Source of the DNA: Planctomycetota bacterium
Lineage (GTDB): Bacteria; Planctomycetota; Brocadiia; JAADGH01
NCBI GenBank assembly: GCA_040755855.1
Contig: JBFMAD010000002.1
Coordinates: 160,001-224,000, forward strand
Length of the DNA stretch: 64,000 bases
Direction: 5' to 3'
Below the pieces are notes generated by a model. The model saw only the letters and a program-made list of their open reading frames with translations. It did no database searches and was not told where the DNA came from. This document shows positions 9,231 through 19,660 of the stretch, piece after piece. A program made the translations under genes and the position numbers. Numbering within the stretch: position 1 is the first letter of the stretch; every line of letters starts with the position of its first letter.

Positions 9231-10549
9231 TGCCCGAACCGTCGGAGCGCCTCGTAGCCCACCGGGTCAAGCTCGACCGGCTTGCCCATGTAGTGGGCGC
9301 CAAGAATCTCCTTCTGGACCACGGCGTTGATGTTGAGCCGCACGTCCGCCCCCTTGACGCGCCGCGTGACCTCCACCGTGCCGTCGGAAAAATACCGCGT
9401 CGAGACCGTCTCGGCCCCCCGGATCACACCCTCCACACGGCTCGTGACCTGGTCGTTCTGCAGGGCAAAGTTCTGGACGGTCGTCTCCGAGTTGATCAGG
9501 ATGCCCTGAATCTGCTCCAGCAGGTTTCGGTCGGCGGCAAGCTGGGCTGCCTTCTCCGCCGCCATCCGCCCGCGCGTTGTGTAGATCGGCGCGTATTGCG
9601 CATCGCTGAGCTGCACCATCGCCGAGGTGAAAACCGGCGCCTTCTGGCCCAGGGCGGCGTTCAATTTTGCCGTGTCCACTTGCACCTGCACCTGGACGCT
9701 TCCGTCCTCGCGGGCCTGGCGATTCGTCACGGCGGCGTCGGCCACCAGCGCGCTCAGCTTCTCGTAAACAATCTTGTTCCCGGCGGCCAGGTCGCCGACA
9801 GTCTTCTGCTCGGCAATCTCGGCCCGAAAGACCCGCTCGCCGAGTTCGCGCAGGGCCGCCTCCCGCGCCGCCGTCTCGTCGGCGCCGACAGCCGACGCCC
9901 GCACGACCATGATCTCCCGGTCGCCCTCGCGGATCGTCGGATGTTTATTATACCGTTCCGGGGCGGTCCCCGATCCGGTGGCGACAAACTCCGTGTTCTC
10001 CCACGCGCTCACCCGCACCCGCTGCATGGCAGTCACGCTCGCGAACTTGCCCGCCTCGCCGGCGCTTTGCACGCGCACCTTGCCCGACAGGACATCCACC
10101 GACGTGCTCCCGTTATTCGCCACGGCTACAGCGAACGTAGTCCCCTCCACCCCGGCTATGCTGGTGGGTGTGCCGATGGTGACCTGTTTTCCCTTGGGGA
10201 TGGTTTTCAGCCGGCTCAGGAGCTTGCCCCCCAGGAGGTCCAGCTTCGGGGCGCGGGGATCCAGGCCGATCTTCAATTTCGAGTTGGCCTCAAGCTGCAC
10301 CGCGTTGCCCGTGCCCATGTCAATCTTCGCGCTGGAGGCCGGGCCGGTCGTCACCACGTCGTCGATTTTCAGGAGAAGCCCCGCCGCCGCCGTTTCGGTC
10401 TTGGCGGCGTCTCCCCCGCGCAGGACCTGGACAGCCCCCGAGACCTCGGCCACTTTGATCTGGTCCATCTCCGCGCGGGTGGATACGGTGGAACCAAACA
10501 GAACGGCGGCCATGAAGAGGAACACCATGAGGACATTTTTTGAGCGCAC
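9227..10549 (-). CDS. Secreted FecR-domain protein with C-terminal LPP20-like region(s)
   Basis: GTG after GGAGG; signal peptide; TPTSIAGVEGTTFAV..VDVLSGKV (FecR); AAEKAAQLAADRNLLEQIQGILINSETTV (LPP20-like). Confidence 0.75.
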   Translation of the reverse strand: MRSKNVLMVFLFMAAVLFGSTVSTRAEMDQIKVAEVSGAVQVLRGGDAAKTETAAAGLLLKIDDVVTTGPASSAKIDMGTGNAVQLEANSKLKIGLDPRAPKLDLLGGKLLSRLKTIPKGKQVTIGTPTSIAGVEGTTFAVAVANNGSTSVDVLSGKVRVQSAGEAGKFASVTAMQRVRVSAWENTEFVATGSGTAPERYNKHPTIREGDREIMVVRASAVGADETAAREAALRELGERVFRAEIAEQKTVGDLAAGNKIVYEKLSALVADAAVTNRQAREDGSVQVQVQVDTAKLNAALGQKAPVFTSAMVQLSDAQYAPIYTTRGRMAAEKAAQLAADRNLLEQIQGILINSETTVQNFALQNDQVTSRVEGVIRGAETVSTRYFSDGTVEVTRRVKGADVRLNINAVVQKEILGAHYMGKPVELDPVGYEALRRFGQ

Positions 10550-10594
10550 GGTCAATCCTCCGAAATGCTCGCGTTCCATCCGGGTCTCGGCATG

Positions 10595-10624
10595 ACAACA
10601 TTGGATTCTACCACGCGGTTTTGG
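10595..10624 (-). promoter_or_regulatory. Upstream region of FecR gene containing -10 of a putative sigma70 promoter
   Basis: Minus strand TTGACA-18 nt-TAGAAT with TG extension; coordinates approximate. Confidence 0.45.
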
Positions 10625-10663
10625 CATGTGTCAACACAAAAGGCGCGAACCGTATGAAAGGAT

Positions 10664-10687
10664 CGGAAGTCTGGCGACTTCCGCTAC
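10664..10687. repeat. Single GTAG REP-like hairpin, copy 4
   Basis: CGGAAGTCTGGCGACTTCCGCTAC. Confidence 0.85.
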
Positions 10688-10695
10688 CAACGATG

Positions 10696-12621
10696 TCACG
10701 AGGAGATGCCATAGCGCAGGAGTTTGAGCCGCAGCCCCTCCCGGCTGATGCCGAGAATCTCCGCAGCCTGGCTCCGGACGCCGCCGGTTTCCTTGAGGGC
10801 CACCTCGATCATCTCCCGCTCCAGCGCGGCCACGGCGGCGTCGAGGCGGCCGCGGCCCTTGCACCGCTCGATCAGGTCGCCGTCCCCACCTACGATCTCG
10901 GGGGGCAGCAGATCAACGTCAACGGGGCGCCCCTGTTGCGACAGCACGGCCGCGCGCTCGACGGCGTTGCGCAACTCGCGCACGTTGCCCGGCCAGGGAT
11001 GGGCGCAGAGCCTCGCCTCGGCCGCAGGGGTGAAGCCCGGCAGCGATCTGCCCATGTCCGCCGCGAAGCCGGCGAGGAAGTGCCGAGCAAGGAAAAGGAC
11101 ATCGCCGGATCGCTCGCGCAGCGGGGGCAAAGGAATCTCCACCACCCGAAGGCGGTAGTATAGGTCCTCGCGGAACTCTCCATCGCGGATGGCCTTCTTG
11201 AGATCGCAGTTTGTGGCCGCGATAACGCGGATGTCTATCTCCACCGACTCCCTCCCTCCGACGCGCTCAAACCGTTTCTGTTCGAGGGCGCGGAGGAGCT
11301 TGGCCTGCATCGCCGGCGGCATGTCGCCGATCTCGTCGAGGAACAGGGTCCCGCCGTGGGCCTGTTCCAGCCTGCCGATGCGCCCTTCGACGCCGGAGGC
11401 TGTTCCCTTCTCGATGCCGAACAGTTCGCTCTCCAGAAGCGTCTCGGGGATGGCCGCGCAGTTCACGGCGACGAATGGCTTGTCCGCCCGCGGCCCGCCG
11501 CGATGGATCGCCCGGGTGACCAGTTCCTTGCCCGTGCCGGTCTCCCCCGTCAGGAGCACGCTTGCCTCGACCCCCATCACCTGCTCGGCAAGGCGGCGCA
11601 CCTCTCGGATCGGCTCGCTCTCGCCGATGATCGCCGCGAGCGAGACCTCGTCCTGCGATGCGCGGCGAAGACGGACGTTCTCGATGTCCGACTGCTCCTT
11701 GGCGGAGCGGAGTGCATCGCAGAGCCGCGCGTTCTCCAGGGCCGCGGCGAGGAGCGAGGCGATGCCCGTCAGCAGGTTCAGGTCGTCCGTGGAGAAGGCC
11801 CCCTTTACCCCCCGCGCATCCCATTGCAGAATGCCGATGACTCGTTCCGGCAGGAGCAGCGGCGCACACAGGACAGACCCGAGGTCCATCTCCTGCACGC
11901 TGGCGGCGCTGCGGAACTCCTCGCGGGCGTCCTTGCACAAAATGGCGCACCGGGACTCGGCGGCCCGGCGGGCGATGGTCCTGCTGAACATCTCGGCGGC
12001 GGAGTCGTCCCCTCTTGCCTTGAGCACGCGGATGGTCAGCTCGCGGCCGTCCTCATCATACAAGGCCAGGAAGCCGCGCTGGGCGGCGGGGAGGGCCCCA
12101 GACAGGCGTTCGACAATTTCCCCCAGAAGCGATTCGGTGTCATGCTTGTCGGCCAGGGCCATGCCGACATCGTGAATGGTTTGGAGGTGCTGCCGCAGGC
12201 GTCGGGCGTCCTGGGCCGTGCGGACGGACTCGATGCGCCGGGCGAAGACGGGCCCGGCGGCGTCGAGCGTCGCTACGACGTCGAACGCGGGTTCGGGGCC
12301 CGGCTCGACGGCCCACCCGACCGGCGACTCCTTCACCGCACCTGGATCGTCGAAGACAAGGATGTATTCCCCGATGGCGATTTGCATCCCGCTAACGAGG
12401 CGGACGCGGCTGACCTTTCGGCCGGCGATATATGTTCCGGCCTTACTGTGGAGGTCCTGGAGGAAGAACGCGCCGCCATCATGTTCGATTCGTGCGTGCT
12501 GCCGGGAGGCGGGCGGACCGATCAATACGTCGGCGTTCCGGTCCCTGCCGATGAGCATGTCGGGCTTCAGCTCGATTTCGCGGCGGACTTCGTCGCGATG
12601 CTTGACGATCAGTTTGGCCAT
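10696..12621 (-). CDS. FHA-GAF-AAA+(sigma54-interaction-like)-HTH transcriptional regulator
   Basis: [16 protein letters not shown] (FHA); [35 protein letters not shown]; Fis-type HTH; alternative TTG start 12633. Confidence 0.92.
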   Translation of the reverse strand: MAKLIVKHRDEVRREIELKPDMLIGRDRNADVLIGPPASRQHARIEHDGGAFFLQDLHSKAGTYIAGRKVSRVRLVSGMQIAIGEYILVFDDPGAVKESPVGWAVEPGPEPAFDVVATLDAAGPVFARRIESVRTAQDARRLRQHLQTIHDVGMALADKHDTESLLGEIVERLSGALPAAQRGFLALYDEDGRELTIRVLKARGDDSAAEMFSRTIARRAAESRCAILCKDAREEFRSAASVQEMDLGSVLCAPLLLPERVIGILQWDARGVKGAFSTDDLNLLTGIASLLAAALENARLCDALRSAKEQSDIENVRLRRASQDEVSLAAIIGESEPIREVRRLAEQVMGVEASVLLTGETGTGKELVTRAIHRGGPRADKPFVAVNCAAIPETLLESELFGIEKGTASGVEGRIGRLEQAHGGTLFLDEIGDMPPAMQAKLLRALEQKRFERVGGRESVEIDIRVIAATNCDLKKAIRDGEFREDLYYRLRVVEIPLPPLRERSGDVLFLARHFLAGFAADMGRSLPGFTPAAEARLCAHPWPGNVRELRNAVERAAVLSQQGRPVDVDLLPPEIVGGDGDLIERCKGRGRLDAAVAALEREMIEVALKETGGVRSQAAEILGISREGLRLKLLRYGISS

Positions 12622-12639
12622 TGTGTCACCCAAGAGGCG

Positions 12640-13206
12640 TTACACGTTGTTATTTCGTACTCCAACATACTCCTCCCTGAGCATCCCGTACAGCTCCAAG
12701 TCCTCGAACCGGCCCCATTTGAGGACGTGCTGCCGGCGGCGGCCTTCGTGGGTCATGCCGAGCTTTTGCATGACGCGGCCCGACGCGGGGTTGCGGCTGA
12801 AGTGGGTCGCGTGGATGCGATTCAGGTCCAGCTCCTCGAAGCCGTAACGCACGACGGCCCGCGCCGCCTCGGTGCAGTAGCCCTGTCGCCAGTAGGGCCT
12901 GCCGATCCAGTATCCAAGCTCCGCCCGATGGCCGCGGATGATCCCCATCAGGCTAATCGCGCCGATCAGCTCGCTGGTGGACTTCAGCGTGATGGCGAAC
13001 GTAACACCTGTGCCCCCGTCGAAGATCGCCTGGTGCTTGGCAATCCACTCCTCTGCCATGCCGTCTTCGTACGGATGGGGGATGTTCTGCGTCGTATCGG
13101 CGATGGCCCTATCCCCGGCCAGACGCTGCACATCCCCCGCATCCTCCGGCCGGAAAGGCCGCAGGACCAGTCGTTCGGTCTTCAATGTGGGAAGCTGTGT
13201 TGTCAT
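12640..13206 (-). CDS. GNAT acetyltransferase, RimJ/RimL family
   Basis: TERLVLRPF, AELGYWIG..WRQGYCTEA, NPASGRVMQKLGM. Confidence 0.92.
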   Translation of the reverse strand: MTTQLPTLKTERLVLRPFRPEDAGDVQRLAGDRAIADTTQNIPHPYEDGMAEEWIAKHQAIFDGGTGVTFAITLKSTSELIGAISLMGIIRGHRAELGYWIGRPYWRQGYCTEAARAVVRYGFEELDLNRIHATHFSRNPASGRVMQKLGMTHEGRRRQHVLKWGRFEDLELYGMLREEYVGVRNNNV

Positions 13207-13281
13207 TTTAGTTTGTTCACCCGCACAAACGAGATCGTCGCGGCGGTGTTAACAGCACGAGTCCCGAAGGTGACCTCGGCT

Positions 13282-13512
13282 CTACGAACGCCTCCGCTCG
13301 TCGCGTATCGCGCTGGAGAGGCCTCTCCCCTTGACGGAGAGCCGGAGACCGTGCCTCTTCCACGACAGCGTGTCCGACGACTCTTCCGCCACGGGAATCA
13401 CTTCGGCCACGGGTTTGCCGTGGCGGAGGATGCGAACGATCTCCCCCTTTTCCACGTCGGTGATCAAGGAGGACGCATTTTGACGGAACTGGCTGAATGT
13501 CACGGCCTTCAT
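13282..13512 (-). CDS. Phd/YefM-family antitoxin
   Basis: MKAVTFSQFRQNASSLITDVEKGEIVRILRHGKPVAEVIP; GGAGGA RBS. Confidence 0.85.
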   Translation of the reverse strand: MKAVTFSQFRQNASSLITDVEKGEIVRILRHGKPVAEVIPVAEESSDTLSWKRHGLRLSVKGRGLSSAIRDERRRS

Positions 13513-13547
13513 ATCATTCCTCCCGAACTATCTCATGCAAATTGGCC

Positions 13548-14954
13548 CTACCAATGAAAATGCCGCTCCGGCAGCGGGTCGCGGGCGGCGAGGGTGCGTT
13601 CGAGGAGGAGGCGCTCCATCTCCTTGCGTTGCGCCGCATAGCCGGCGTCGTGCCAGAGGTTGTCGAACTCGTCCGGGTCGTTCTTGAGATCGTAGAGCTC
13701 GCCATAGGGACAGCCGGGGTAGTGGATGAGTTTCCAGTCCTTCGTCCGCACGCCGACAAGCGTGACCGCCGACGGCTCGATGCCGCGCGGCGTCAGGTCG
13801 GGCGATTCGCGGTCCTGGACCAGGACGGACTCCCGCCCCCGCGCCCCATCCTCCCCCATGACGAGGGGACGGATGGACCGCCCCTGCACACCGGCGGGCG
13901 ACTCAATGCCGAGTAGGTCCAGGAGCGTCGGCATGATGTCCACGCCCTCGACCATCTCCTCAGTGACGCCGCCGCCCTTCGCGCCCGGGGCGCGCCAGAT
14001 GAGGGGCACGTTGATGACCTGATCGTAGAGGAACGGGCCGTGCCGCCACTGGTAGTGGTCGTTAAGGACGAGGCCATGATCGGTCGTGAAGACGACGATG
14101 GTGTCTTCCCACACCCCGACCTCCCGCAGCGCGGCCATGAGGCGGCCGAATTGTTTGTCGAGAAACACGGCCTGGTTGTAGTAGCTGGCGAGATATTTCC
14201 GGAGCGTCTCATCGTCCGGGTGCCGCCCGCGCGCCATGTATCCCTCGTATGATTTTTTGTGATACCACGGCTTGTTTTCCAGCTCGCCTTCTTTGATCTT
14301 CGGCGGGGGCATGTCCTCCGGTTTATACATGTTTGCGAATGTGTCGGGCGGGTTGGATGGGGGGATCAACTCGTGAAACGAACAGGATAGGAAGAAGGGC
14401 CGGCCGGCCTTCGCCTGCGTTTTGACGAAGTCTATCGCTCGGCTTGTGATCCATTGCAGTTCATGCACCTCTTCCGGCAGACCCGTGGCGCGTTTCTTCA
14501 CCTTGTCCAGTAGATCGGGAAAGTTCTTCTCGACCCACTGAATGTATTCCAGGCCCAGGCGGTTCTCGCTCAGGTGGACGCGCTGGAAGCCGTAGTAAGG
14601 CAGGTTCTCGATGATCGGGGCGTACTGTTTGTATTCCTCTTGCGGCTCGAAATGAATCTTCCCGCACGCGCCCGTGGCATAGCCGTTCGCCGCCAGGACC
14701 TGCGGCAGCGTCACCTCGTCCTTGGGCAGGCGGCACCCGTTCGCCCACACGCCGTGGATGTGGGGGTATCGGCCCGTGAAGATCGAGGCCCGCGTGGGCA
14801 TGCAGACCGTGTGGGTGCAGTAGAATTGCCGGAAGAGCGTCCCCTCTTTCGCAAACGCATCAATGTTCGGGGTCTGCAGGATCGGGTTGCCGTAGCAGCC
14901 GAGGCAGTCGGCTCGGTGGCCGTCGGTGATGAACAGGACGACGTTCTTAGGCAT
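13548..14954 (-). CDS. Sulfatase (formylglycine-type)
   Basis: NVVLFITD, CMPTR (CxPxR), GKIH, TDHG, ELYDLKNDPDE. Confidence 0.93.
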   Translation of the reverse strand: MPKNVVLFITDGHRADCLGCYGNPILQTPNIDAFAKEGTLFRQFYCTHTVCMPTRASIFTGRYPHIHGVWANGCRLPKDEVTLPQVLAANGYATGACGKIHFEPQEEYKQYAPIIENLPYYGFQRVHLSENRLGLEYIQWVEKNFPDLLDKVKKRATGLPEEVHELQWITSRAIDFVKTQAKAGRPFFLSCSFHELIPPSNPPDTFANMYKPEDMPPPKIKEGELENKPWYHKKSYEGYMARGRHPDDETLRKYLASYYNQAVFLDKQFGRLMAALREVGVWEDTIVVFTTDHGLVLNDHYQWRHGPFLYDQVINVPLIWRAPGAKGGGVTEEMVEGVDIMPTLLDLLGIESPAGVQGRSIRPLVMGEDGARGRESVLVQDRESPDLTPRGIEPSAVTLVGVRTKDWKLIHYPGCPYGELYDLKNDPDEFDNLWHDAGYAAQRKEMERLLLERTLAARDPLPERHFHW

Positions 14955-15810
14955 CGTTCCCCTCCATGAGGCGTTTGTAGTTTCCGCCGGCGATCAGTCG
15001 GGCATGGTCAATTGAAAGATGACCGAGCAATTCGTGGAAGGCATCATACACCCGTTTGTAGGCGTCCTCGGTCAGCCCCGCCCACGAATAGATGTCCGTG
15101 CCCAGGGTGATGCGATCGGGGAAGTCGGCCATCAGCCGCCGCCATGCGTCGTGCAGGGCGATGGACGCGGCGTCAGCGGGGTTCTTGTGCCGCATGTGCT
15201 TCAGCACGGGGCCGACGTCGCACGTGACGTTCGGGTGCGCCTCGAGCATCCGTCGAGCGTCGTCGGAGTTGCAGCGATAATCGCAATGGGCGGCGAGGAA
15301 CCGCGTCCCCGGATGGCGCGGCAGGACATCGCACAGGAACTTCAACCGTTCGCAGTGAACGAAGACTGGGATTCCCTTTTCGCCACAGAGGTCGAAGACC
15401 TCGCGGAAGACGCGGCTGTCGGACTTGTCCTTCGGCACGGGGTAGGGGTGCTTCTTCGCACTGCCGTCGCGCATCGGGATGTTGGCGCAGACGGTATCGG
15501 TCGTGTCGAGAAACAGTTCCCCCACGCCGCGCCACGGGCCGCTGTTCAGATGATGCTTCACGTAGTTGATGCTCTTCAGGTCGTCCGGGTTGAAGTTGCA
15601 GAGGTAGGGATAGAAGAGGTCCGGGTATTTTTCGTAACCGCGCAGGACATCCTCGTCCTCGTGATCGGATACCAGACCGACGCCGGTGAGCGACGCCTTG
15701 CGGACGTTGCACGTCGGCATCCGCGCGGCGAGTGTATCCACCCACTCGTCGGCGTACTCGCTGTGCAGATGGCCGTGCGAGTCCAAAAACGCCAAGTCCC
15801 GTTTTTTCAC
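14947..15810 (-). CDS. Amidohydrolase-family metallo-TIM barrel
   Basis: DSHGH, GVGE, VFVH, AAH, LGTD; GTG after GGAGG. Confidence 0.8.
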   Translation of the reverse strand: MKKRDLAFLDSHGHLHSEYADEWVDTLAARMPTCNVRKASLTGVGLVSDHEDEDVLRGYEKYPDLFYPYLCNFNPDDLKSINYVKHHLNSGPWRGVGELFLDTTDTVCANIPMRDGSAKKHPYPVPKDKSDSRVFREVFDLCGEKGIPVFVHCERLKFLCDVLPRHPGTRFLAAHCDYRCNSDDARRMLEAHPNVTCDVGPVLKHMRHKNPADAASIALHDAWRRLMADFPDRITLGTDIYSWAGLTEDAYKRVYDAFHELLGHLSIDHARLIAGGNYKRLMEGNDA

Positions 15811-15826
15811 TGCAAGACCTCCTCTC

Positions 15827-15894
15827 TCCTCTTTCCCCTTTTCCTTATACCACTTCCCCGTTCTCCTTGCTATACTTTCTACCCGTTCCCTTCC
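15827..15894. repeat. ~70-bp polypyrimidine element, copy 1 (candidate bidirectional promoter)
   Basis: Similar to reverse complement of 25537-25607; TGCTATACT on + and TGGTATAAG on -. Confidence 0.7.
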
Positions 15895-15934
15895 AGGATT
15901 AGGCACGGCCCACCACGAGGAGGAAGACGCGAAG

Positions 15935-16951
15935 GTGAGAGAGAAGAAAAAGTCTTACAGTCCCATCGAATACCATGAGGGTCTGTTGAAGCAGGTCAAG
16001 CCGTCCCTGGCCTTTGCGGATCAGGCGGATGCGCCTGCATGGCAGAGAAAGCTCCGGGCCAAGCTGCGCGAGATTCTCGCCGTGCCGGGGACGTGGGACC
16101 ACGCCATAACCTCGCGCGTGGAGCGGGATTTGGAGACCAACGAATTCACGTGCGACCGCGTTGTCTTCCGGGCAGAGCCGAAGGCGGATGTCCCCGGATA
16201 CCTTCTGAAGCCGAAGACGGGCGAGGCCCCCTTCGCGGTCATGATCTGCCTGCAAGGGCACTCGCCGGGGATGCACATCTCCATCGGCCGCGGAAAAACG
16301 AAAGCGGAGATCGAGTCCATCCAGGGCGGACGCGACATCGCCATCCAGGCCGTCCGCAACGGCTGGGCCGCGCTGGCCATCGAGCAGCGATCCTTCGGCG
16401 AACGACATGGCGCGCGCCCCGGTTGCGCCGATGACGCGCTGCATGCCCTTATACTCGGCAAGACGCTCACGGGCGAGCGCGTGTTCGATGTCATGCGAGC
16501 CATTGACTTCATCGCCGCTCAGCCCGACCTCGACGCGACGCGCATCGGCTGCATGGGCAACTCCGCCGGCGGGACGGTTACGTTCTACGCGGCGTGCGTG
16601 GATCGGCGAATTCGTCTCGCCGTCGTTTCATGCTCCTTCTGCGCCTACGCCTATTCCTGGATGAAGCACCCCCACTGCGCGTGCGGATATCTGCCGGGGA
16701 TTCTTCAGTACGCCGACATGAGCGATCTTGCCGGATTGATCGCGCCGCGGCATCTGATGGTCGTCGCCGGGGAGCACGACGAGATCGCCCCGGCCGCCTC
16801 CGTCCGCCGAGCCTTTAGGCAGGTTGCGCGAATCTTCCGCGCGGTGGGATGCGCGCGACATGCCTCTCTCCTCGTCGGCGAGGGCGGACACCGCTTCTAC
16901 CCGGAACTGGCCTGGCCGAAGATCACGCAAATCGGAAACGGCTGGAAGTAA
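15935..16951 (+). CDS. Alpha/beta hydrolase (dienelactone hydrolase/acetylxylan esterase-like)
   Basis: GNSAGG nucleophile elbow, LIAPRHL, GEHD, GGHRF; GTG start inferred. Confidence 0.85.
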   Translation: MREKKKSYSPIEYHEGLLKQVKPSLAFADQADAPAWQRKLRAKLREILAVPGTWDHAITSRVERDLETNEFTCDRVVFRAEPKADVPGYLLKPKTGEAPFAVMICLQGHSPGMHISIGRGKTKAEIESIQGGRDIAIQAVRNGWAALAIEQRSFGERHGARPGCADDALHALILGKTLTGERVFDVMRAIDFIAAQPDLDATRIGCMGNSAGGTVTFYAACVDRRIRLAVVSCSFCAYAYSWMKHPHCACGYLPGILQYADMSDLAGLIAPRHLMVVAGEHDEIAPAASVRRAFRQVARIFRAVGCARHASLLVGEGGHRFYPELAWPKITQIGNGWK

Positions 16952-17085
16952 TCGCCCCGTCCCACCGCGAGTCGAACATCATTCAAAAACGCTTGACAAG
17001 ACTCATCAGGATTGCGTAATATAAAGAACTTGCCGTACCGTGCGGTCCACGGCGGCAGAAAGTCGAGCGCAAGAAGACGTGAATC

Positions 17086-19251
17086 ATGGACATATCGCGG
17101 CAGATCAAGTATCGCCCCGCCAAGGTCGTGGGTGGATATACCGACCGGATTCTCCGAATCAATCTCAGCGCTCAGGACATTGCCATTGAGGAATTGCCCG
17201 CCGACTTCAAGCGCAAGTATGTCGGCGGTCGCGGGTATGCCCTGAAGGTCATCTGGGACGGCGCGACGCGGAACACCCGGTATGACAGCCCGGAGAACAT
17301 CCTCGTGATGGCGAGCGGGCCGCTGGGCAACGAGCCGGGATTCCCCGGCACGGGCAAGTTCATCGTCGGCGCGATCTCGCCCCTCACCGATACGTTCATT
17401 GACTCAAATGTAGGCGGGCACTTTGGCCCCTTGCTCAAGCGGGCGGGGTTTGACGCCATCGCCGTCTCCGGAATCGCCGAGAAAGATGTGGTCATCCTCG
17501 TGGACGGCGACGCGGGAACGATCGCCATCGCCTCTGCACCCGCCTATGACGGCGATACGGGCGGCGGGGCGCTCTCCTTCGGCCAGCGCCTCCTGAAGGA
17601 TGTGAACGGCGGGGAGTACAGCGACACCGTGGCCGCCGTCACGGCGGGCAAGGGCGCGCTCCACGCACGGTTCGGCATCGTCAACAGCCTGTTTTTCGAC
17701 GCGAAGCGGGGACGCATCCGCTCCAAGCAGGCCGGCCGGGGCGGCACGGGGACTGTCATGCGGTTCAAACGGCTCCGCGCGATCGTCGCCCGCAGCAGCC
17801 TGCGCAAGGGGAACGGCAACAACGCCGTGGACCCGCAGGCCGTGCGGCAGGCAGGCGCGGCGCTGAAGCAGGTGGTGCGTACCTGCGACCCGCATCAGCT
17901 CCACCTGGGGGCGTGGGGGACGACGGGCCTGTCCGAGTACATGGACAAGTTCCACATCTTTCCGATCAAGAACTTCCAGTACGGGCAAAGCCCCGAGTCG
18001 CACAAGATCTTCGGCCAGGTCTTCCTCGACCGCTACTTCAGCAAGGCGCTGCCGGACGGATGCTACTATGGGTGCAATCTCGCCTGTTCCAAGGGCGCGG
18101 AGGATGTGGAGCTGACCGCCGGACCCAAGGCGGGGCGCAAGGTGGACGTGGACGGCCCGGAGTACGAGACTGTCGGCGCCGTCTCCTGCATGGGCATCTT
18201 CGATCCGCATTTCGTCATGGAGTATAACTGGTATTGCGACGAGTACGGCCTCGATACCATCTCGACGGGGGTGGCCATATCCTTCTTTATGGAATGCTTC
18301 GAGCGCGGATTCCTGACTGTTGATGACGTGGGTTATGAACTGACCTTCGGCAACATCGAGGCCGCGCACAGGGTCCTCCACGAGATCGCCGACGGCGAGG
18401 GCTTCGGCAATGTGGTCGGCCAGGGCGTGGCCCGGGGCAAGAAGTGGGTCGCGCAGCGCTACGCCTCCCGGAACGGAAAGGCCGAGGCTGAGGTCATGGC
18501 CGAACTGAGCAAGTTCGGGATGGAGGTCAAGGGGCTGGAGTTCTCCATGTATATCAGCAAGGAATCCCTCGCCCAGCAGGGCGGCTACGGCTTTGCGCTC
18601 AAAGGCCCTCAGCACGACGAAGCGTGGCTCATCTTCATTGACCAAGTGCACAAAGAGATCCCCACCTTCGAGCAGAAGGCGCTTGCCCTCAAGTGGTTCC
18701 CCCTCATCCGCACGTGGTTCAATGCGACGGGCCTCTGCAAGCTGCCGTGGATTGACGTGCGCAATCCGGAGGCCGCCAAGACCCCGGAGCCGGCGAAAAA
18801 CACCCCGACCCTCGCCCATTACGTGGCCTACCTCAACGCCACGACGGGCAGCAAGAAGACCCTTCAGGACGTGCTGGACGATTCGGAGCGGCTCTACGTC
18901 CTCCAGAAACTCGTCAACGTGCGGCAGGGCAAGGGGACCCGCGCCAGCGATCAAATCCCCCTGAGGGCGATGGGGCCTGCGTTCCTGAATGAATACGAGG
19001 CCCGCGAGGCATATTATGATGAACGGTTGAAAGAGCAGCTCGGGGATGGTAAACTGCCTGACCGCATTGAGGAGCGACATCGGCTCCTCATGCAGAAACG
19101 GATCGAAGCCTATCAGCGCCTCTGCGATGTGGTTTATGAGGAAAAGGGCTTCACCTCCGACGGCATACCGAAGCGCGAGACCGTCGAAAAATTCGGCCTG
19201 ATGGACGAACAGGCGAAACAGTTGCTCGACGAATACGGCGTGCGAGGTTGA
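17086..19251 (+). CDS. Aldehyde:ferredoxin oxidoreductase (W/Mo-pterin AOR family)
   Basis: ILRINLS, SPLT..DSNVGG, AGRGGTGTVM, GC..GC..AC, GPEYET, CDEYGLDTIS. Confidence 0.92.
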   Translation: MDISRQIKYRPAKVVGGYTDRILRINLSAQDIAIEELPADFKRKYVGGRGYALKVIWDGATRNTRYDSPENILVMASGPLGNEPGFPGTGKFIVGAISPLTDTFIDSNVGGHFGPLLKRAGFDAIAVSGIAEKDVVILVDGDAGTIAIASAPAYDGDTGGGALSFGQRLLKDVNGGEYSDTVAAVTAGKGALHARFGIVNSLFFDAKRGRIRSKQAGRGGTGTVMRFKRLRAIVARSSLRKGNGNNAVDPQAVRQAGAALKQVVRTCDPHQLHLGAWGTTGLSEYMDKFHIFPIKNFQYGQSPESHKIFGQVFLDRYFSKALPDGCYYGCNLACSKGAEDVELTAGPKAGRKVDVDGPEYETVGAVSCMGIFDPHFVMEYNWYCDEYGLDTISTGVAISFFMECFERGFLTVDDVGYELTFGNIEAAHRVLHEIADGEGFGNVVGQGVARGKKWVAQRYASRNGKAEAEVMAELSKFGMEVKGLEFSMYISKESLAQQGGYGFALKGPQHDEAWLIFIDQVHKEIPTFEQKALALKWFPLIRTWFNATGLCKLPWIDVRNPEAAKTPEPAKNTPTLAHYVAYLNATTGSKKTLQDVLDDSERLYVLQKLVNVRQGKGTRASDQIPLRAMGPAFLNEYEAREAYYDERLKEQLGDGKLPDRIEERHRLLMQKRIEAYQRLCDVVYEEKGFTSDGIPKRETVEKFGLMDEQAKQLLDEYGVRG

Positions 19252-19500
19252 ATGATGGTCGTCTCCATTGATTTCCACGGAACGCAGCGCAGCCTGACGC
19301 GAACCCACAGCATCCACATGCCCATCACCGAGACGAGTAAGGTGATGGACGCCCTCGAATACGTCCGGCGGCAATATCCCGGACTCACACTGGACGAGCG
19401 GACGGTCCTCGTTACCGTCAATCACCAGCTTGTGCCGCACCACCAGGCGCTTCGGCCCAACGACAAGATCGCCTTCCTGCCCCCCATCGGCGGCGGGTGA
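19252..19500 (+). CDS. MoaD/ThiS-family sulfur carrier
   Basis: 82 aa, C-terminal FLPPIGGG; abuts AOR stop. Confidence 0.9.
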   Translation: MMVVSIDFHGTQRSLTRTHSIHMPITETSKVMDALEYVRRQYPGLTLDERTVLVTVNHQLVPHHQALRPNDKIAFLPPIGGG

Positions 19501-19660
19501 GATTGTCCAGGTCGTCGAATCTGTTGTCTTTCCCACCGCGGCGATTAACTACCTTGCGCTGAGCGTGCTCCCAGGCTACAATAGAGAGATGGAGCGGCAT
19601 CGCAGGAACTTGCCATGCCGCTGCCGTTGGAAACCGGCGATTGGGATTGGAGGTCGCACG

